Shown: positions 1-9,685, counted from the stretch's first letter. The stretch: DNA of 50,246 nucleotides from Gammaproteobacteria bacterium (GCA_009692285.1 SHZO01000001.1:1-50246), one strand, 5' to 3'. A program made the numbers and translations. The notes: a model not told the origin generated them from the letters alone.

Positions 1-305
1 AGTTGGTGAGTGAACGGATGCGATTATTCCCCTGTAGCGGTGAAATTAATAGTCGTATCCCGGATGTGCAAGGGGCTTTGAAAGCAGTGCAAGCACACTA
101 CTCAGTGGGTGCGTTGTCTATTGATTTTACCGATGGATTGTCGATGGAGTTTAAAGATTGGCGTTTAAATCTTCGTGGCTCTAATACTGAGCCACTCATC
201 AGATTGAATGTGGAAAGTCGTGGTAGCGAGCCTTTGATGCAAGATAAAACGAATCAAGTTTTGACATTCTTAGCAACACTAGACGCAGTCCCAGCGGATC
301 ATTAA
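1..305 (+). CDS. phosphomannomutase/phosphoglucomutase, C-terminal fragment (5' end outside window)
   Basis: ORF is open to the window edge. The C-terminal motif LRGSNTEPLIRLNVE is typical of alpha-D-phosphohexomutases (AlgC/ManB type). Confidence 0.7.
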   Translation, partial: LVSERMRLFPCSGEINSRIPDVQGALKAVQAHYSVGALSIDFTDGLSMEFKDWRLNLRGSNTEPLIRLNVESRGSEPLMQDKTNQVLTFLATLDAVPADH

Positions 306-449
306 TTTAAATGATCTAGAACAATTTCATTTTAAAGCTGAAAAATGTTTTGCCCAGTGTATTAATATTTTAAAGACTAAATTAAAGCTGGCTTCGGGTG
401 ATCCCTGTTGATCCTTGGGGGTGGTAAAAAAATAACTTACAGATTCAAT

Positions 450-524
450 TGGTGGGCGGTACTGGGATCGAACCAGTGACCCTTGCCGTGTGAAGGCAAT
501 GCTCTACCGCTGAGCTAACCGCCC
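450..524 (-). tRNA. tRNA-Val (anticodon CAC)
   Basis: The reverse complement folds as a 75-nt cloverleaf: acceptor GGGCGGT/ACCGCCC, D stem GCTC/GAGC, anticodon stem TTGCC/GGCAA with loop TTCACAC, T arm ACTGG-TTCGATC-CCAGT, 3' ACCA. Confidence 0.9.
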
Positions 525-536
525 GTAGGGGGCGCA

Positions 537-565
537 ATTCTAAGTGCGCATGGGGAATGAAGCAA
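537..565 (-). promoter_or_regulatory. putative sigma70 promoter of tRNA-Val
   Basis: Minus strand reads TTGCTT-N17-TAGAAT, followed by the GC-rich discriminator TGCGCCCCCT a few nt before the mature tRNA 5' end. Confidence 0.4.
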
Positions 566-630
566 CGAGCACTCGGTGATACCATCTACGCTCTCTACAC
601 TTCCTCTACATAGTCTATTAAGAGTCTCTT

Positions 631-2016
631 ATGAGCACCGTAACTCGTTTTGCGCCTAGCCCGACTGGCCTACTTCATATTGGAGGGGTGCGCACGGCGC
701 TTTTTAGTTGGCTATATGCCCGCCGTCATGCGGGTCAATTTATTTTGCGTGTGGAAGATACGGACCGCGAACGCTCTAGTGATGAAGCTGTGCGCGTAAT
801 TATTGAAGGCATGCGTTGGTTAGGTTTGGTAGCAGATCAAGGGCCTTTCTATCAAACCGCGCGGTTTGATCGCTATAAAGCAGTCATCTCGCAGATGTTG
901 ACGCAGGGTGTAGCCTATCGTTGCTACTGCACTAAAGATGAGCTAGAAGCCTTGCGTAGCGCACAAATGTTAGCCAAAGAAAAACCGCGTTACGATGGCC
1001 GCTGGCGTGAGCGTACGGATGTTCGCGAGGGCGTACAGCCGGTGATTCGTTTTAAAAATCCATTGCAGGGTGAAGTAATTGTTGAGGATCAAGTACACGG
1101 CCGTGTAGTTTTTAAAAATAGCGAACTCGATGATTTGGTAATTGCGCGTGGCGATGGCACGCCAACCTATAATTTTTGCGTGGTGGTCGATGACATGGAC
1201 ATGGGTGTCACGCATGTGATCCGTGGCGATGATCATTTAAATAATACGCCTCGCCAAATGAACATGCTCGCAGCGCTCGGTTCAAAAGCGCCCATCTATG
1301 CACATGTGCCGATGATTCTTGGGGCAGATGGTGCCAAGCTCTCCAAGCGACACGGTGCTGTGAGTGTCCTGCAGTATGAGGAGGATGGTTATCTACCTGA
1401 TGCACTATTAAATTATTTAGTGCGTTTAGGGTGGTCGCATGGCGATCAAGAGATTTTCACTCGCGCAGAAATGATCGCTGCATTTGATGTCGCCGATGTC
1501 AATAAATCGGCTTCAGCCTTCAACCCAGAGAAATTACTTTGGTTGAATCAGCAGCATTTGATGCGCGCTGAGCCGATGAGTATCGTGCCATACTTGAAAC
1601 CACACTTAGTGCGAGTGGGTATAGAGAGTCACGATGACGATTTACTTGCCAATATTGTGTTGGCGCAGCGCGAGCGGGTTAAAACTTTAAAAGAAATGGC
1701 ACAGAATAGTCGTTATTTTTTTGGTGAGACGGTAGTTTTGGATGAGAAATCTGTGGCCAAGCACTTAACTCCCGAGTCGTTAAGCCTCTTGGGCGAGTTA
1801 CGAGAGGTATTGGCGGCTTTGAGCATCTGGAATGCCGCGCGCATTCATGAGGCGCTCAACACATTAGCTACAGCGCATACGCTTGGTTTAGGCAAGATCG
1901 CGCAGCCGCTACGAGTGGCGGTTACAGGTTCGACAATCTCACCACCGATTGATGTAACGCTCGAGCTTATTGGGCAAAAACACACTTTGGCGCGTCTAGA
2001 TGCCGCTCTGGGTTAG
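631..2016 (+). CDS. gltX: glutamate--tRNA ligase
   Basis: 461 aa with the HIGG motif (PSPTGLLHIGG) and KLSKR (KMSKS-type) motif. Near-collinear with E. coli GluRS (TPTYNFCVVVDD, LNYLVRLGWSHGDQEIFT). Confidence 0.95.
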   Translation: MSTVTRFAPSPTGLLHIGGVRTALFSWLYARRHAGQFILRVEDTDRERSSDEAVRVIIEGMRWLGLVADQGPFYQTARFDRYKAVISQMLTQGVAYRCYCTKDELEALRSAQMLAKEKPRYDGRWRERTDVREGVQPVIRFKNPLQGEVIVEDQVHGRVVFKNSELDDLVIARGDGTPTYNFCVVVDDMDMGVTHVIRGDDHLNNTPRQMNMLAALGSKAPIYAHVPMILGADGAKLSKRHGAVSVLQYEEDGYLPDALLNYLVRLGWSHGDQEIFTRAEMIAAFDVADVNKSASAFNPEKLLWLNQQHLMRAEPMSIVPYLKPHLVRVGIESHDDDLLANIVLAQRERVKTLKEMAQNSRYFFGETVVLDEKSVAKHLTPESLSLLGELREVLAALSIWNAARIHEALNTLATAHTLGLGKIAQPLRVAVTGSTISPPIDVTLELIGQKHTLARLDAALG

Positions 2017-2022
2017 ACTTCC

Positions 2023-2051
2023 TTGACAATGGCAAGGGGGTTTCGTAACTT
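2023..2051 (+). promoter_or_regulatory. putative sigma70 promoter of the tRNA-Ala/tRNA-Glu pair
   Basis: TTGACA-N17-TAACTT, followed by the GC-rich discriminator GCGCCCCCT and then the tRNA-Ala 5' end at 2066. Confidence 0.45.
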
Positions 2052-2065
2052 GCGCCCCCTCTTGT

Positions 2066-2141
<76 letters not shown>

Positions 2142-2169
2142 TTTTTTTGGTAGGTTTTTGGTTTTCGGC

Positions 2170-2245
2170 GTCCCCATCGTCTAGAGGCCTAGGACACTGC
2201 CCTTTCACGGCGGCGACAGGGGTTCGAATCCCCTTGGGGACGCCA
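2170..2245 (+). tRNA. tRNA-Glu (anticodon UUC)
   Basis: 76 nt: GTCCCCA/TGGGGAC acceptor, anticodon stem CTGCC/GGCGG with loop CTTTCAC, T loop TTCGAAT, 3' GCCA. Confidence 0.92.
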
Positions 2246-2272
2246 ACTTTATCGTGATCGGGCAGTGACGCT

Positions 2273-3271
2273 TTAAGCGCCCCAGGGGCGCTGCCGCAGT
2301 TGTAATTCCCACTCAATCGCGCTGCGTACGATGGCCTCCAAGTTATCCAGCTGAGGCTCCCAGCCCAGCTCTTGGCGTATGCGCTGCGCTTGGGCAATTA
2401 AAACTGGGGGGTCACCTGTGCGGCGCGGCTGCTCTAAGATGATCAGCGGTCGTCCTGCGACACGCTCTGCCGCTTGCAACACTTCGCGCACGCTGTAGCC
2501 GTGACCATAGCCCACATTCAAGGTGGTGTTAGGGCCGCCCCGACGCAAATAATCGAGCGCATCTAAATGCGCGCGGGCTAAATCCACGACGTGTAAATAA
2601 TCCCGAATGGCCGTGCCATCGGGGGTGTCATAGTTGGTGCCATACATGGCAAGATTTTCACGCCGACCTGAAATATGTTCTGCCGCTACATGCACTAAGT
2701 GAAACGATTGCTTTAGCGCCTGCCCAATACGTTTGCTGGTATCCGCGCCAGCAACATTAAAATAACGCAGCGCGACATAACGTAAGGGGCTAACTGCTGA
2801 GACATCGCGCAACATCCATTCAGACATTAATTTGGAATTACCATACGGATTAATGGGTCGCGTGGGGTGATCCTCCGAGGCTTGGCCATTCTCGGGCGTG
2901 CCATAGACTGCAGCGGTAGATGAAAATACTAACTCTGGAATGTTTTGCGCGACACAGCATTCCAGCAGCGCGCGCGTGTTACTGGTGTTGTTACGATAAT
3001 ATTTGATGGGGTCCTGTATGGACTCTGGCACGCTAATAGAGGCGGCAAAGTGCATCACAGTTCTGATGTTATGCTCGCGTATAGTTTTATTAACCAAGGC
3101 CGTATCACCGACATCGCCGATTATTAAGGGCGCATCTAATACGGCTTCTTTAAATCCGGTGCTCAGGTTATCCAGCACGATCACCTTTTCGCCTCGGGCG
3201 CGCAATTGCAGTGCCACATGGCTACCAATGTAACCTGCGCCGCCGGTTACCAGGATCGTTTGTGCGTTCAT
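2273..3271 (-). CDS. galE: UDP-glucose 4-epimerase
   Basis: 332 aa with N-terminal Rossmann motif TGGAGYIGSH and the SDR catalytic motif YGNSK (YxxxK). Length and layout match GalE. Confidence 0.85.
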   Translation of the reverse strand: MNAQTILVTGGAGYIGSHVALQLRARGEKVIVLDNLSTGFKEAVLDAPLIIGDVGDTALVNKTIREHNIRTVMHFAASISVPESIQDPIKYYRNNTSNTRALLECCVAQNIPELVFSSTAAVYGTPENGQASEDHPTRPINPYGNSKLMSEWMLRDVSAVSPLRYVALRYFNVAGADTSKRIGQALKQSFHLVHVAAEHISGRRENLAMYGTNYDTPDGTAIRDYLHVVDLARAHLDALDYLRRGGPNTTLNVGYGHGYSVREVLQAAERVAGRPLIILEQPRRTGDPPVLIAQAQRIRQELGWEPQLDNLEAIVRSAIEWELQLRQRPWGA

Positions 3272-3332
3272 TGTGGGATTATTTCACTTACGCCAAGCGT
3301 TGAGTAGAAGATGTATATGAGATGCTATCACT

Positions 3333-4322
3333 ATGAGCATTGAATCCAGTGTCGCGGTGAATCACCCAGATCAACCCTTTGCTGAGCTCTCCCCTGATGT
3401 GGTGCTCGATGCCGCCGAGCGCTTAGGCTTAGAGTGTGACGGTCGGCTATTTGCCTTAAATAGTTATGAGAATAGGGTCTATCAGGTGGGCTCACTTCCA
3501 TTAGGGATGCACGTACTGAAGTTCTACCGCCCGGGACGTTGGAGCGATGCACAGATTATTGAAGAGCATACCTTTACCCAAGAACTCGCTCAGGCTGAGT
3601 TGCCTGTGGCCGCGCCGCTAGTGTTTGATGGCCAAACTCTGCTTTGGCATCAAGGGTTACGCTATGCAGTGTTTCCGCGCATGTCCGCACGAGCAGTTGA
3701 ACTCGATGCGCGAGGCTCTTTAGAATTAATCGGTCGGACTCTGGGGCGTATTCATGCCATTGGCGCACGTTCCCGTTTTGCTTGCAGACCTGCTCTAAGT
3801 ATTGAGCGTTTAGGTTGGAGCGCGCGTGAGACTTTGCTGGACAGCGCTTTGCTTGATGATTCGCTCTTAGAGAAATACGCTGAAGTCTCCGAGGCCTTGC
3901 TCGAAGCGGTGGAAACTGCTCTAAAGCGTATAGGGCCCCTCTCTCAGATTCGTCTGCATGGGGATTGTCATCTCGGTAACATTCTTTGGAACGAGCAGGG
4001 ACCTGTTTTTGTAGATCTTGATGACTGTATGAGTGGCCCTCGCATCCAAGATCTTTGGATGTTTTTGTCCGGTTCTCCTGAGGATCGTCGCAGTCAGTGG
4101 GCAGAGCTTGTGCTGGGGTATCGCCAATTTCATGAGATCGATGATTTTGAAAAAGAGTTAATCGAACCGCTTAGGACTTTACGTATGGTGCATCATGCTG
4201 CTTGGATTGCCGCTCGCTGGGGCGACCCAGCTTTTCCGCGCGCATTTCCGTGGTTTTCGAGCCCACGGTTTTGGCAAGAGCATTTGAGTGATCTGTGGCA
4301 GCAATTAACAGAGATAAGTTAG
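3333..4322 (+). CDS. srkA: serine/threonine protein kinase SrkA (YihE/RdoA family)
   Basis: 329 aa, collinear with E. coli YihE: LNSYENRVYQV, FYRPGRWS, LHGDCHLGNILW, VDLDDCMSGPRIQDLWM, DPAFPRAFPWF. Confidence 0.85.
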   Translation: MSIESSVAVNHPDQPFAELSPDVVLDAAERLGLECDGRLFALNSYENRVYQVGSLPLGMHVLKFYRPGRWSDAQIIEEHTFTQELAQAELPVAAPLVFDGQTLLWHQGLRYAVFPRMSARAVELDARGSLELIGRTLGRIHAIGARSRFACRPALSIERLGWSARETLLDSALLDDSLLEKYAEVSEALLEAVETALKRIGPLSQIRLHGDCHLGNILWNEQGPVFVDLDDCMSGPRIQDLWMFLSGSPEDRRSQWAELVLGYRQFHEIDDFEKELIEPLRTLRMVHHAAWIAARWGDPAFPRAFPWFSSPRFWQEHLSDLWQQLTEIS

Positions 4323-4475
4323 TGTATGCAGACTAAGATTGATTTTTGGCAAGAGGTAAAGCCTTGTATGGAAAAAATAATTTAAAGCGAAACTTTCTGA
4401 GAATTAAATCCGTGAAATCAACCTGGCAATCGGTTTTTATTAAGTACTGAGCTGCGCTGCAGTCAGTGTGTGTTT

Positions 4476-4520
4476 CTTCCCAAGCTGCTAACGTGGGTTA
4501 GATTCCCATCACCCGCTCCA
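4476..4520 (+). pseudogene. orphan 3' fragment of a tRNA-Gly(CCC) gene, anticodon loop to CCA end
   Basis: CTTCCCAAGCT...GTGGGTTAGATTCCCATCACCCGCTCCA aligns with the 3' 45 nt of E. coli tRNA-Gly(CCC). No matching 5' acceptor or D arm lies upstream, and the T loop reads TTAGATT instead of TTCGATT. Confidence 0.6.
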
Positions 4521-4654
4521 CTTTCCCGTGAGCCCAGGCGCAATGCGCTCGTCTTTGGTGGTGAAGGCTAGGAAAAGAGTAAAGAAGGCGAGGAGCTTTT
4601 TCATTTTGTTGATTCTTAGGGAATCAAATATACTGCAATAGGAACCAATTGATT

Positions 4655-5335
4655 TTAAGATCGGTTCTGCCTTGCGCGCGCCAGTTGCTTACCTGCAAGC
4701 ACGACAAATACTCCGCCCATAATTTTGGCAACAAGGTGTAAGCTCTCTCCATAACTTGAGATATAGGGTTGCAGAAATACGTCTTCAATCAACATACCAC
4801 CGCCGATCCAACCAAGTAATCCACCCCCTAAGACAATTACTATGGGAAAGCGATCCATTAGGGCCATCACATAACGACTGCCATAAACAATTAAAGGCAC
4901 GCTAAGGATTAGCCCAAAGATTACCAGTTTCAAATCACCTTGGGCAGCAGCCGCAATAGCAATTACGTTATCTAAGCTCATGACAGCATCAGCGATGACA
5001 ATAGTTCTGATCGCGCTCGTTAAGTTTCCGCTACCTTTAATGTTATGTTCATTATCCTTTTGAGGTATGAGTAATTTGACACCGATCCAAAGCAGTAGAA
5101 GCCCGCCGACTATTTTTAAAAATGGCACAGACATTAATTGCAGAGCGAAAAAAATCAAGATAATACGTAGTGCAACCGCACCAAATACGCCCCAAAAACT
5201 CGCTTTATTGCGCTGCTCTGGGGGTAGGTTGCGCGCGGCTAAGGCAATGATGACAGCGTTATCGCCACTTAAGATTATATCGATTAAGATAATTTGGCCT
5301 GCGGCAATCCAAAATTCGATTGATGTGATATCCAT
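4655..5335 (-). CDS. TerC-family integral membrane protein
   Basis: 226 aa, polytopic, with the duplicated TerC signature (SGDNAVIIALA and SLDNVIAIAAAA). Confidence 0.8.
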   Translation of the reverse strand: MDITSIEFWIAAGQIILIDIILSGDNAVIIALAARNLPPEQRNKASFWGVFGAVALRIILIFFALQLMSVPFLKIVGGLLLLWIGVKLLIPQKDNEHNIKGSGNLTSAIRTIVIADAVMSLDNVIAIAAAAQGDLKLVIFGLILSVPLIVYGSRYVMALMDRFPIVIVLGGGLLGWIGGGMLIEDVFLQPYISSYGESLHLVAKIMGGVFVVLAGKQLARARQNRS

Positions 5336-5387
5336 GGGTGTGAGTTTAGCTTATGTAGAGTAAACTGGGGTAGTAGCGCTGCCTGTC

Positions 5388-6449
5388 GTGGCGCACAAAA
5401 GGCTTAACGTGAATTCGCGTAACTTTCTTGACCGACGTATTTCAGTCGCTCCAATGATGGACTGGACTGATCGGCATTGCCGATACTTTCTGCGTGGCTT
5501 CTCGCCGAATATTTTACTCTATACCGAGATGGTTACTGCTTCGGCTATTTTGCGTGGCGATCGTGAAAAATTATTAGAGTTTGGTCGCGCAGAGCATCCG
5601 GTGGCGCTACAACTAGGTGGTTGTGAACCAGACTACTTGGCCGCTTCGGCTCGTTACGGTGCTGAAGAAGGTTACGATGAAATTAATTTGAATTGTGGCT
5701 GTCCAAGCGACAAAGTTCAAAAGGGGGCTTTCGGTGCCTGTTTAATGAATGAGGCCGATTTGGTGGCTGACTGCGTTGCAGCGATGTGTGATGTTGTAGA
5801 TATTCCTGTTACGGTCAAGATGCGCATTGGTACCTTGCGCTCTGCTTCGCGTGAGGGATATCGTGATCCTAATTCTGATGTGCAACGGTTCGATGACAAT
5901 GATTACGAGAAGCTCTGTGATTTTTTAGTAGCAATTCGTGCCGCGGGTGCGGATGCAGTGATTGTTCACGCGCGAAAGGCTGTGCTCGGGGGGTTCTCGC
6001 CTGCGGAGAATCGAGAGATCCCACCGTTGCGTTACGATGTGGTGCGCCGTTTGAAAGAAGAGTTTCCGGACATGCCGGTAATTTTAAATGGAGGACTGAC
6101 CACCGCAGAAGATTCAGTGCGTGCACTGGATTGGGCCGATGGGGTCATGCTCGGTCGTGAGGCGTATCATCGACCTATGGTGCTCACAGAATTAGTGACC
6201 GCAGCCGCTGTGGCAGACGGCGTGGACTATGTGGCACCAACCATCCCGGCACTGTTGGAGCGCATGGCGCACTACGCGGAAGATCAAATGACTCGCGGTG
6301 AGAGGCTCACAGCGATTACGCGCCATATGTTAGGGTTGCTCAGTCATAAACCCGGCGCACGTGAATATCGGCGCATGCTCTCAGAGGGCGCACGTGAAGC
6401 GGGTGCTGGTCCGGAGCTTATTCGACGCGCAGCTTTGCTTGCGGCGTAA
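5388..6449 (+). CDS. dusA: tRNA-dihydrouridine(20/20a) synthase
   Basis: GTG start. SVAPMMDWTDRHCRYFLR, HPVALQLGG, YDEINLNCGCPS and ITRHMLGL are collinear with E. coli DusA. Confidence 0.9.
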   Translation: MAHKRLNVNSRNFLDRRISVAPMMDWTDRHCRYFLRGFSPNILLYTEMVTASAILRGDREKLLEFGRAEHPVALQLGGCEPDYLAASARYGAEEGYDEINLNCGCPSDKVQKGAFGACLMNEADLVADCVAAMCDVVDIPVTVKMRIGTLRSASREGYRDPNSDVQRFDDNDYEKLCDFLVAIRAAGADAVIVHARKAVLGGFSPAENREIPPLRYDVVRRLKEEFPDMPVILNGGLTTAEDSVRALDWADGVMLGREAYHRPMVLTELVTAAAVADGVDYVAPTIPALLERMAHYAEDQMTRGERLTAITRHMLGLLSHKPGAREYRRMLSEGAREAGAGPELIRRAALLAA

Positions 6450-6485
6450 GCATCAGCAACATATCTAAAAAAATAATAAAAGCGT

Positions 6486-7913
6486 TTAGCGTGCTGCAGG
6501 ATCGTTCGGCAGACGCTCAATAGGGCCATCAGCCATCGCTGCCATGTAAAGTGCTACAGCATAAACGGCCACTGATTGTTTTAAGTCATCCGCACTGACT
6601 TGTTCCAAAGTGTCATTCAATGTGTGATGTAAATCAAAATAAGTGCTGGCATCTAATTGCGGAGCAATGACCGGCACACCGCGGGAACGCAGTGGACTAA
6701 TATCTGCGCCCCCACGAGCAGTGTTGGTGCCCAACTTCACATCCAAAGATTTTACCACGCGGTGAATATCTTTAATCAGTGACCATTGTGCTGGAGCTAC
6801 TTGGGCATCGAGCCTCCAGACAGGGCCATCACCGAGATCTGCTTCCATCGCAAAGACGTGCTGATCGATAGCTTTATTCCCTTCATCTGCAGGATAGCGC
6901 GCAGCACCGGAGAGACCGAATTCCTCGTTAGCGAATAACACAACACGAATCGTGCGGCGTGGTTTAACCGGCATGCTTGCGATTAATTTTGCTGCCGCTA
7001 TAGCGATTACGACTCCCGCTCCATCATCTTGTGCGCCGACACCTGGGTCCCATGAGTCTAAGTGCCCACCAATCACGATTATTTCTTGGGCTAAGTCGGT
7101 GCCTAAGATTTCGCCAATGACATTAGCTGATCGGGTTTGTGGCAGATCGCGCGCGGTGACGCGCAAACGCACGCTCACCAACTGGCCCGTTTGGACTTGC
7201 CGCTCTAAAGCGTTGGCGTCGGGATTAGAAATTGCTAGGGCAGGAATACGGGGCGCAGAGATGTTGTAGGAGAGGGTGCCGGTATGGGCAAAGCGCAGGT
7301 TACTGGTGCTGATGCTGCGAACAACCACGCCTACCGCACCTGCGGCAGCGGCGATACTCGGGCCTTCAACACGCGAACTGACGGCTTTGCCATAGCCGCT
7401 GCCATCACGAGTACGTTCGGTGCGAGTATTAAAGAATACAATTTTGCCGCTCACTGCGCCTGGGGGCAGTGCTTTTAAAGCGGAAATGTCTTGAACCATT
7501 ACGATGGGCGCGCTGAGACCTTGATCAGAGGTGCCAATGCTGCCACCGAGGGCAAGGGTCACCATCGGTTGGGGATAAGGTAGTAGAACCTCAAAACTTG
7601 CTTCACCGCGAATCCAACGGGGCACTAGCACCTCGGGCGTGCGAACATTTTGAAAACCCAAAGAAATTAAATTACGTCGTGCCCACTCTACGCCCGCTCG
7701 GTCTCCGTCCGTACCCGCTAAACGTGGCCCAACCTCAGTGGTCAGAGAGGTTAGAAGTGAGTAGGCCTGATCTGAGCTAAGTGCTTTATCGCGCAGTGCG
7801 ATCGCTAATTTGTGTGTTGTTGCTGGCGCAGCAATAGCATTTTGCGCCAAAGTGGCTACACAGCAAAATAGCAGGGCATTAAACACATAAGCTTTAACGT
7901 TGCAGGGGCGCAC
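6486..7913 (-). CDS. secreted M28-family metallopeptidase (aminopeptidase)
   Basis: 475 aa with an N-terminal signal peptide. M28-type zinc-ligand context (GGHLDSWD, QDDGAGV, NEEFGLSG). GTG start overlaps the pckG stop by 1 nt. Confidence 0.72.
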   Translation of the reverse strand: MRPCNVKAYVFNALLFCCVATLAQNAIAAPATTHKLAIALRDKALSSDQAYSLLTSLTTEVGPRLAGTDGDRAGVEWARRNLISLGFQNVRTPEVLVPRWIRGEASFEVLLPYPQPMVTLALGGSIGTSDQGLSAPIVMVQDISALKALPPGAVSGKIVFFNTRTERTRDGSGYGKAVSSRVEGPSIAAAAGAVGVVVRSISTSNLRFAHTGTLSYNISAPRIPALAISNPDANALERQVQTGQLVSVRLRVTARDLPQTRSANVIGEILGTDLAQEIIVIGGHLDSWDPGVGAQDDGAGVVIAIAAAKLIASMPVKPRRTIRVVLFANEEFGLSGAARYPADEGNKAIDQHVFAMEADLGDGPVWRLDAQVAPAQWSLIKDIHRVVKSLDVKLGTNTARGGADISPLRSRGVPVIAPQLDASTYFDLHHTLNDTLEQVSADDLKQSVAVYAVALYMAAMADGPIERLPNDPAAR

Positions 7914-9685
7914 TAGCTAAGCCTTTTTTGTAGCGCTTGTACTTCGCTGCGCAACGCGGTTGGGATCCGGGCTCCGAATTCATCAAAGTAATTGCTCATG
8001 TCTTTGGCCTCTGCGCGCCACTGCCCCAGATCGACGGAAAGTAATTCATCCACCGCTGTTGGGGCAATGGATAAACCCTCAACGTTTAAATCTTTGGCAC
8101 GTGGGAGATAGCCAATCGGAGTGTCTTGGGCTTCACCGTGACCTGTGCAGCGCTCAAGCATCCAGGCGAGCACGCGCAAATTATCGCCAAATCCTGGCCA
8201 AAGAAATGCACCCTCTGCATCGCGACGGAACCAATTTACATGGTAAACCCGGGGAGGTTGTGTAAGTTTTTGGCCAATGCTTAACCAATGACTCCAATAA
8301 TCAGCAAAGTTATACCCACAGAAAGGTTTCATAGCCATGGGGTCACGACGCAGTACGCCGGCTTCGCCGATGGCAGCTGCGGTTGTTTCGGATGCTACGG
8401 ATGCGCCAACGAGCACGCCATGATTCCAATTGCGAGCTTCATAGACCAACGGCGCTACATTACGACGCCGACCGCCAAATACGATGGCAGAGATGGGCAC
8501 GCCGAGTGGTATGTCTGCTGCGGGTGAGTAGTTGGGGTTTTGTTTCGCGGAGACGGTAAATCGCGAATTAGGGTGTGCTGCAGGGCCATTGGCCGCATCG
8601 TAAGGGCGACCCTGCCAATCAATAGTGGGCGTGCCTCTTTCAAGACCTTCCCACCATGGTTGGTGATCTGCCGTTAGTGCAACGTTGGTGAAGAGCGTGT
8701 CGCGTTGAATCATCTCGTAGGCATTACGATTAGTTTTTGCGTTGGTGCCCGGTACTACACCAAAATACCCTGCTTCAGGATTAATCGCATAAAGGCGACC
8801 ATCCGGCCCAGGGTGTAACCAGGCAATGTCATCACCGACGGTGAATATTTTCCAACCGGGCATTGAACTGGGGGGAATGAGCATCGCTAGATTTGTTTTA
8901 CCGCAGGCCGAAGGAAAAGCTGCTGCAATATAATGTGTTTCTCCTTGTGGGTTTTGTAAGCCCACAATAAGCATATGTTCAGCCAACCAACCTTCGTTGC
9001 GTGCTTGAAAGCTAGCAATGCGCAGCGCGTGGCATTTTTTTCCGAGTAGGGCATTACCGCCGTAACCGCTACCAAAACTTTCGATAGCGAGTTCTTCGGG
9101 GAAGTGCATGATAAAGCGGCGGTTAGGATCCAGTTCCCCTGTGGAGTGTAGGCCTTTAACAAAGCTACCTTCGCGCGCAATACGCTCGAGCGCACGGCGC
9201 CCCATCCGTGTCATCAGGGCCATGTTGATGACAACATAAGCGCTATCGGTAATTTCGATACCGCAACGTGAATACGGTGAGTCGATCGGACCCATACAGT
9301 AAGGCACCACATATAGGGTGCGACCTTTCATGCACCCTTTAAACAACTCGCGCATCTTGGCGTGTGCTTCAGCAGGAGCCATCCAATGATTGTTAGGGCC
9401 AGCGTCTTCCCGCTCGGTAGTGCACACAAAGGTCAGGTGCTCAACACGGGCCACATCTGAAGGATGGGAGCGTGCTAAGAAGCAATTAGGGAAATGCTCG
9501 GGATTCAGCGCCTGCAGCTCGCCTTCAGTTTGCAGTTGGGTCATCAGGCCGCGGTACTCAGCATCTGAACCATCGCACCAGTGGATCTGATCAGAGTCAG
9601 TGAGTTCGCGAATGGAGTGGACCCATTCGGCAACATTTTTAGACAGATCAGCCAAAGGTAAAAGTGGTTTTGAGGCGATGGGCAT
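7913..9685 (-). CDS. pckG: phosphoenolpyruvate carboxykinase (GTP)
   Basis: 590 aa with GTP-PEPCK signatures: FPSACGKTN kinase-1a loop, YGGNALLGKKC, GDDIAWL, NWF. Confidence 0.9.
   Translation of the reverse strand: MPIASKPLLPLADLSKNVAEWVHSIRELTDSDQIHWCDGSDAEYRGLMTQLQTEGELQALNPEHFPNCFLARSHPSDVARVEHLTFVCTTEREDAGPNNHWMAPAEAHAKMRELFKGCMKGRTLYVVPYCMGPIDSPYSRCGIEITDSAYVVINMALMTRMGRRALERIAREGSFVKGLHSTGELDPNRRFIMHFPEELAIESFGSGYGGNALLGKKCHALRIASFQARNEGWLAEHMLIVGLQNPQGETHYIAAAFPSACGKTNLAMLIPPSSMPGWKIFTVGDDIAWLHPGPDGRLYAINPEAGYFGVVPGTNAKTNRNAYEMIQRDTLFTNVALTADHQPWWEGLERGTPTIDWQGRPYDAANGPAAHPNSRFTVSAKQNPNYSPAADIPLGVPISAIVFGGRRRNVAPLVYEARNWNHGVLVGASVASETTAAAIGEAGVLRRDPMAMKPFCGYNFADYWSHWLSIGQKLTQPPRVYHVNWFRRDAEGAFLWPGFGDNLRVLAWMLERCTGHGEAQDTPIGYLPRAKDLNVEGLSIAPTAVDELLSVDLGQWRAEAKDMSNYFDEFGARIPTALRSEVQALQKRLS

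Noticed and set aside
306-449. AT-rich spacer with three TTTAAAG/TTAAAGCTG-like repeats
   Set aside because: The repeats are short and irregularly spaced in AT-rich DNA, which is compatible with chance. No structure or ORF is associated with them.
898-1020. GluRS lacks two of the four zinc ligands of the E. coli enzyme (CYC...GRWRER versus CYC...GRCRHSH)
   Set aside because: Many bacterial GluRS enzymes lack the Zn site, so this is not unusual. My recollection of the E. coli ligand positions is also unverified.
4509-4604. 31-codon minus-strand ORF (MKKLLAFFTLFLAFTTKDER...) with a signal-like start, overlapping the tRNA-Gly fragment
   Set aside because: It has no Shine-Dalgarno sequence, is very short and partly consists of tRNA-derived sequence. 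It cannot be supported from sequence alone.
5336-5387. Possible Mn (yybP-ykoY) riboswitch upstream of the TerC-family gene, or a dusA 5'-end island insertion site
   Set aside because: The gap is only about 50 nt, too short for the riboswitch. No integrase or duplicated dusA 5' segment is present.
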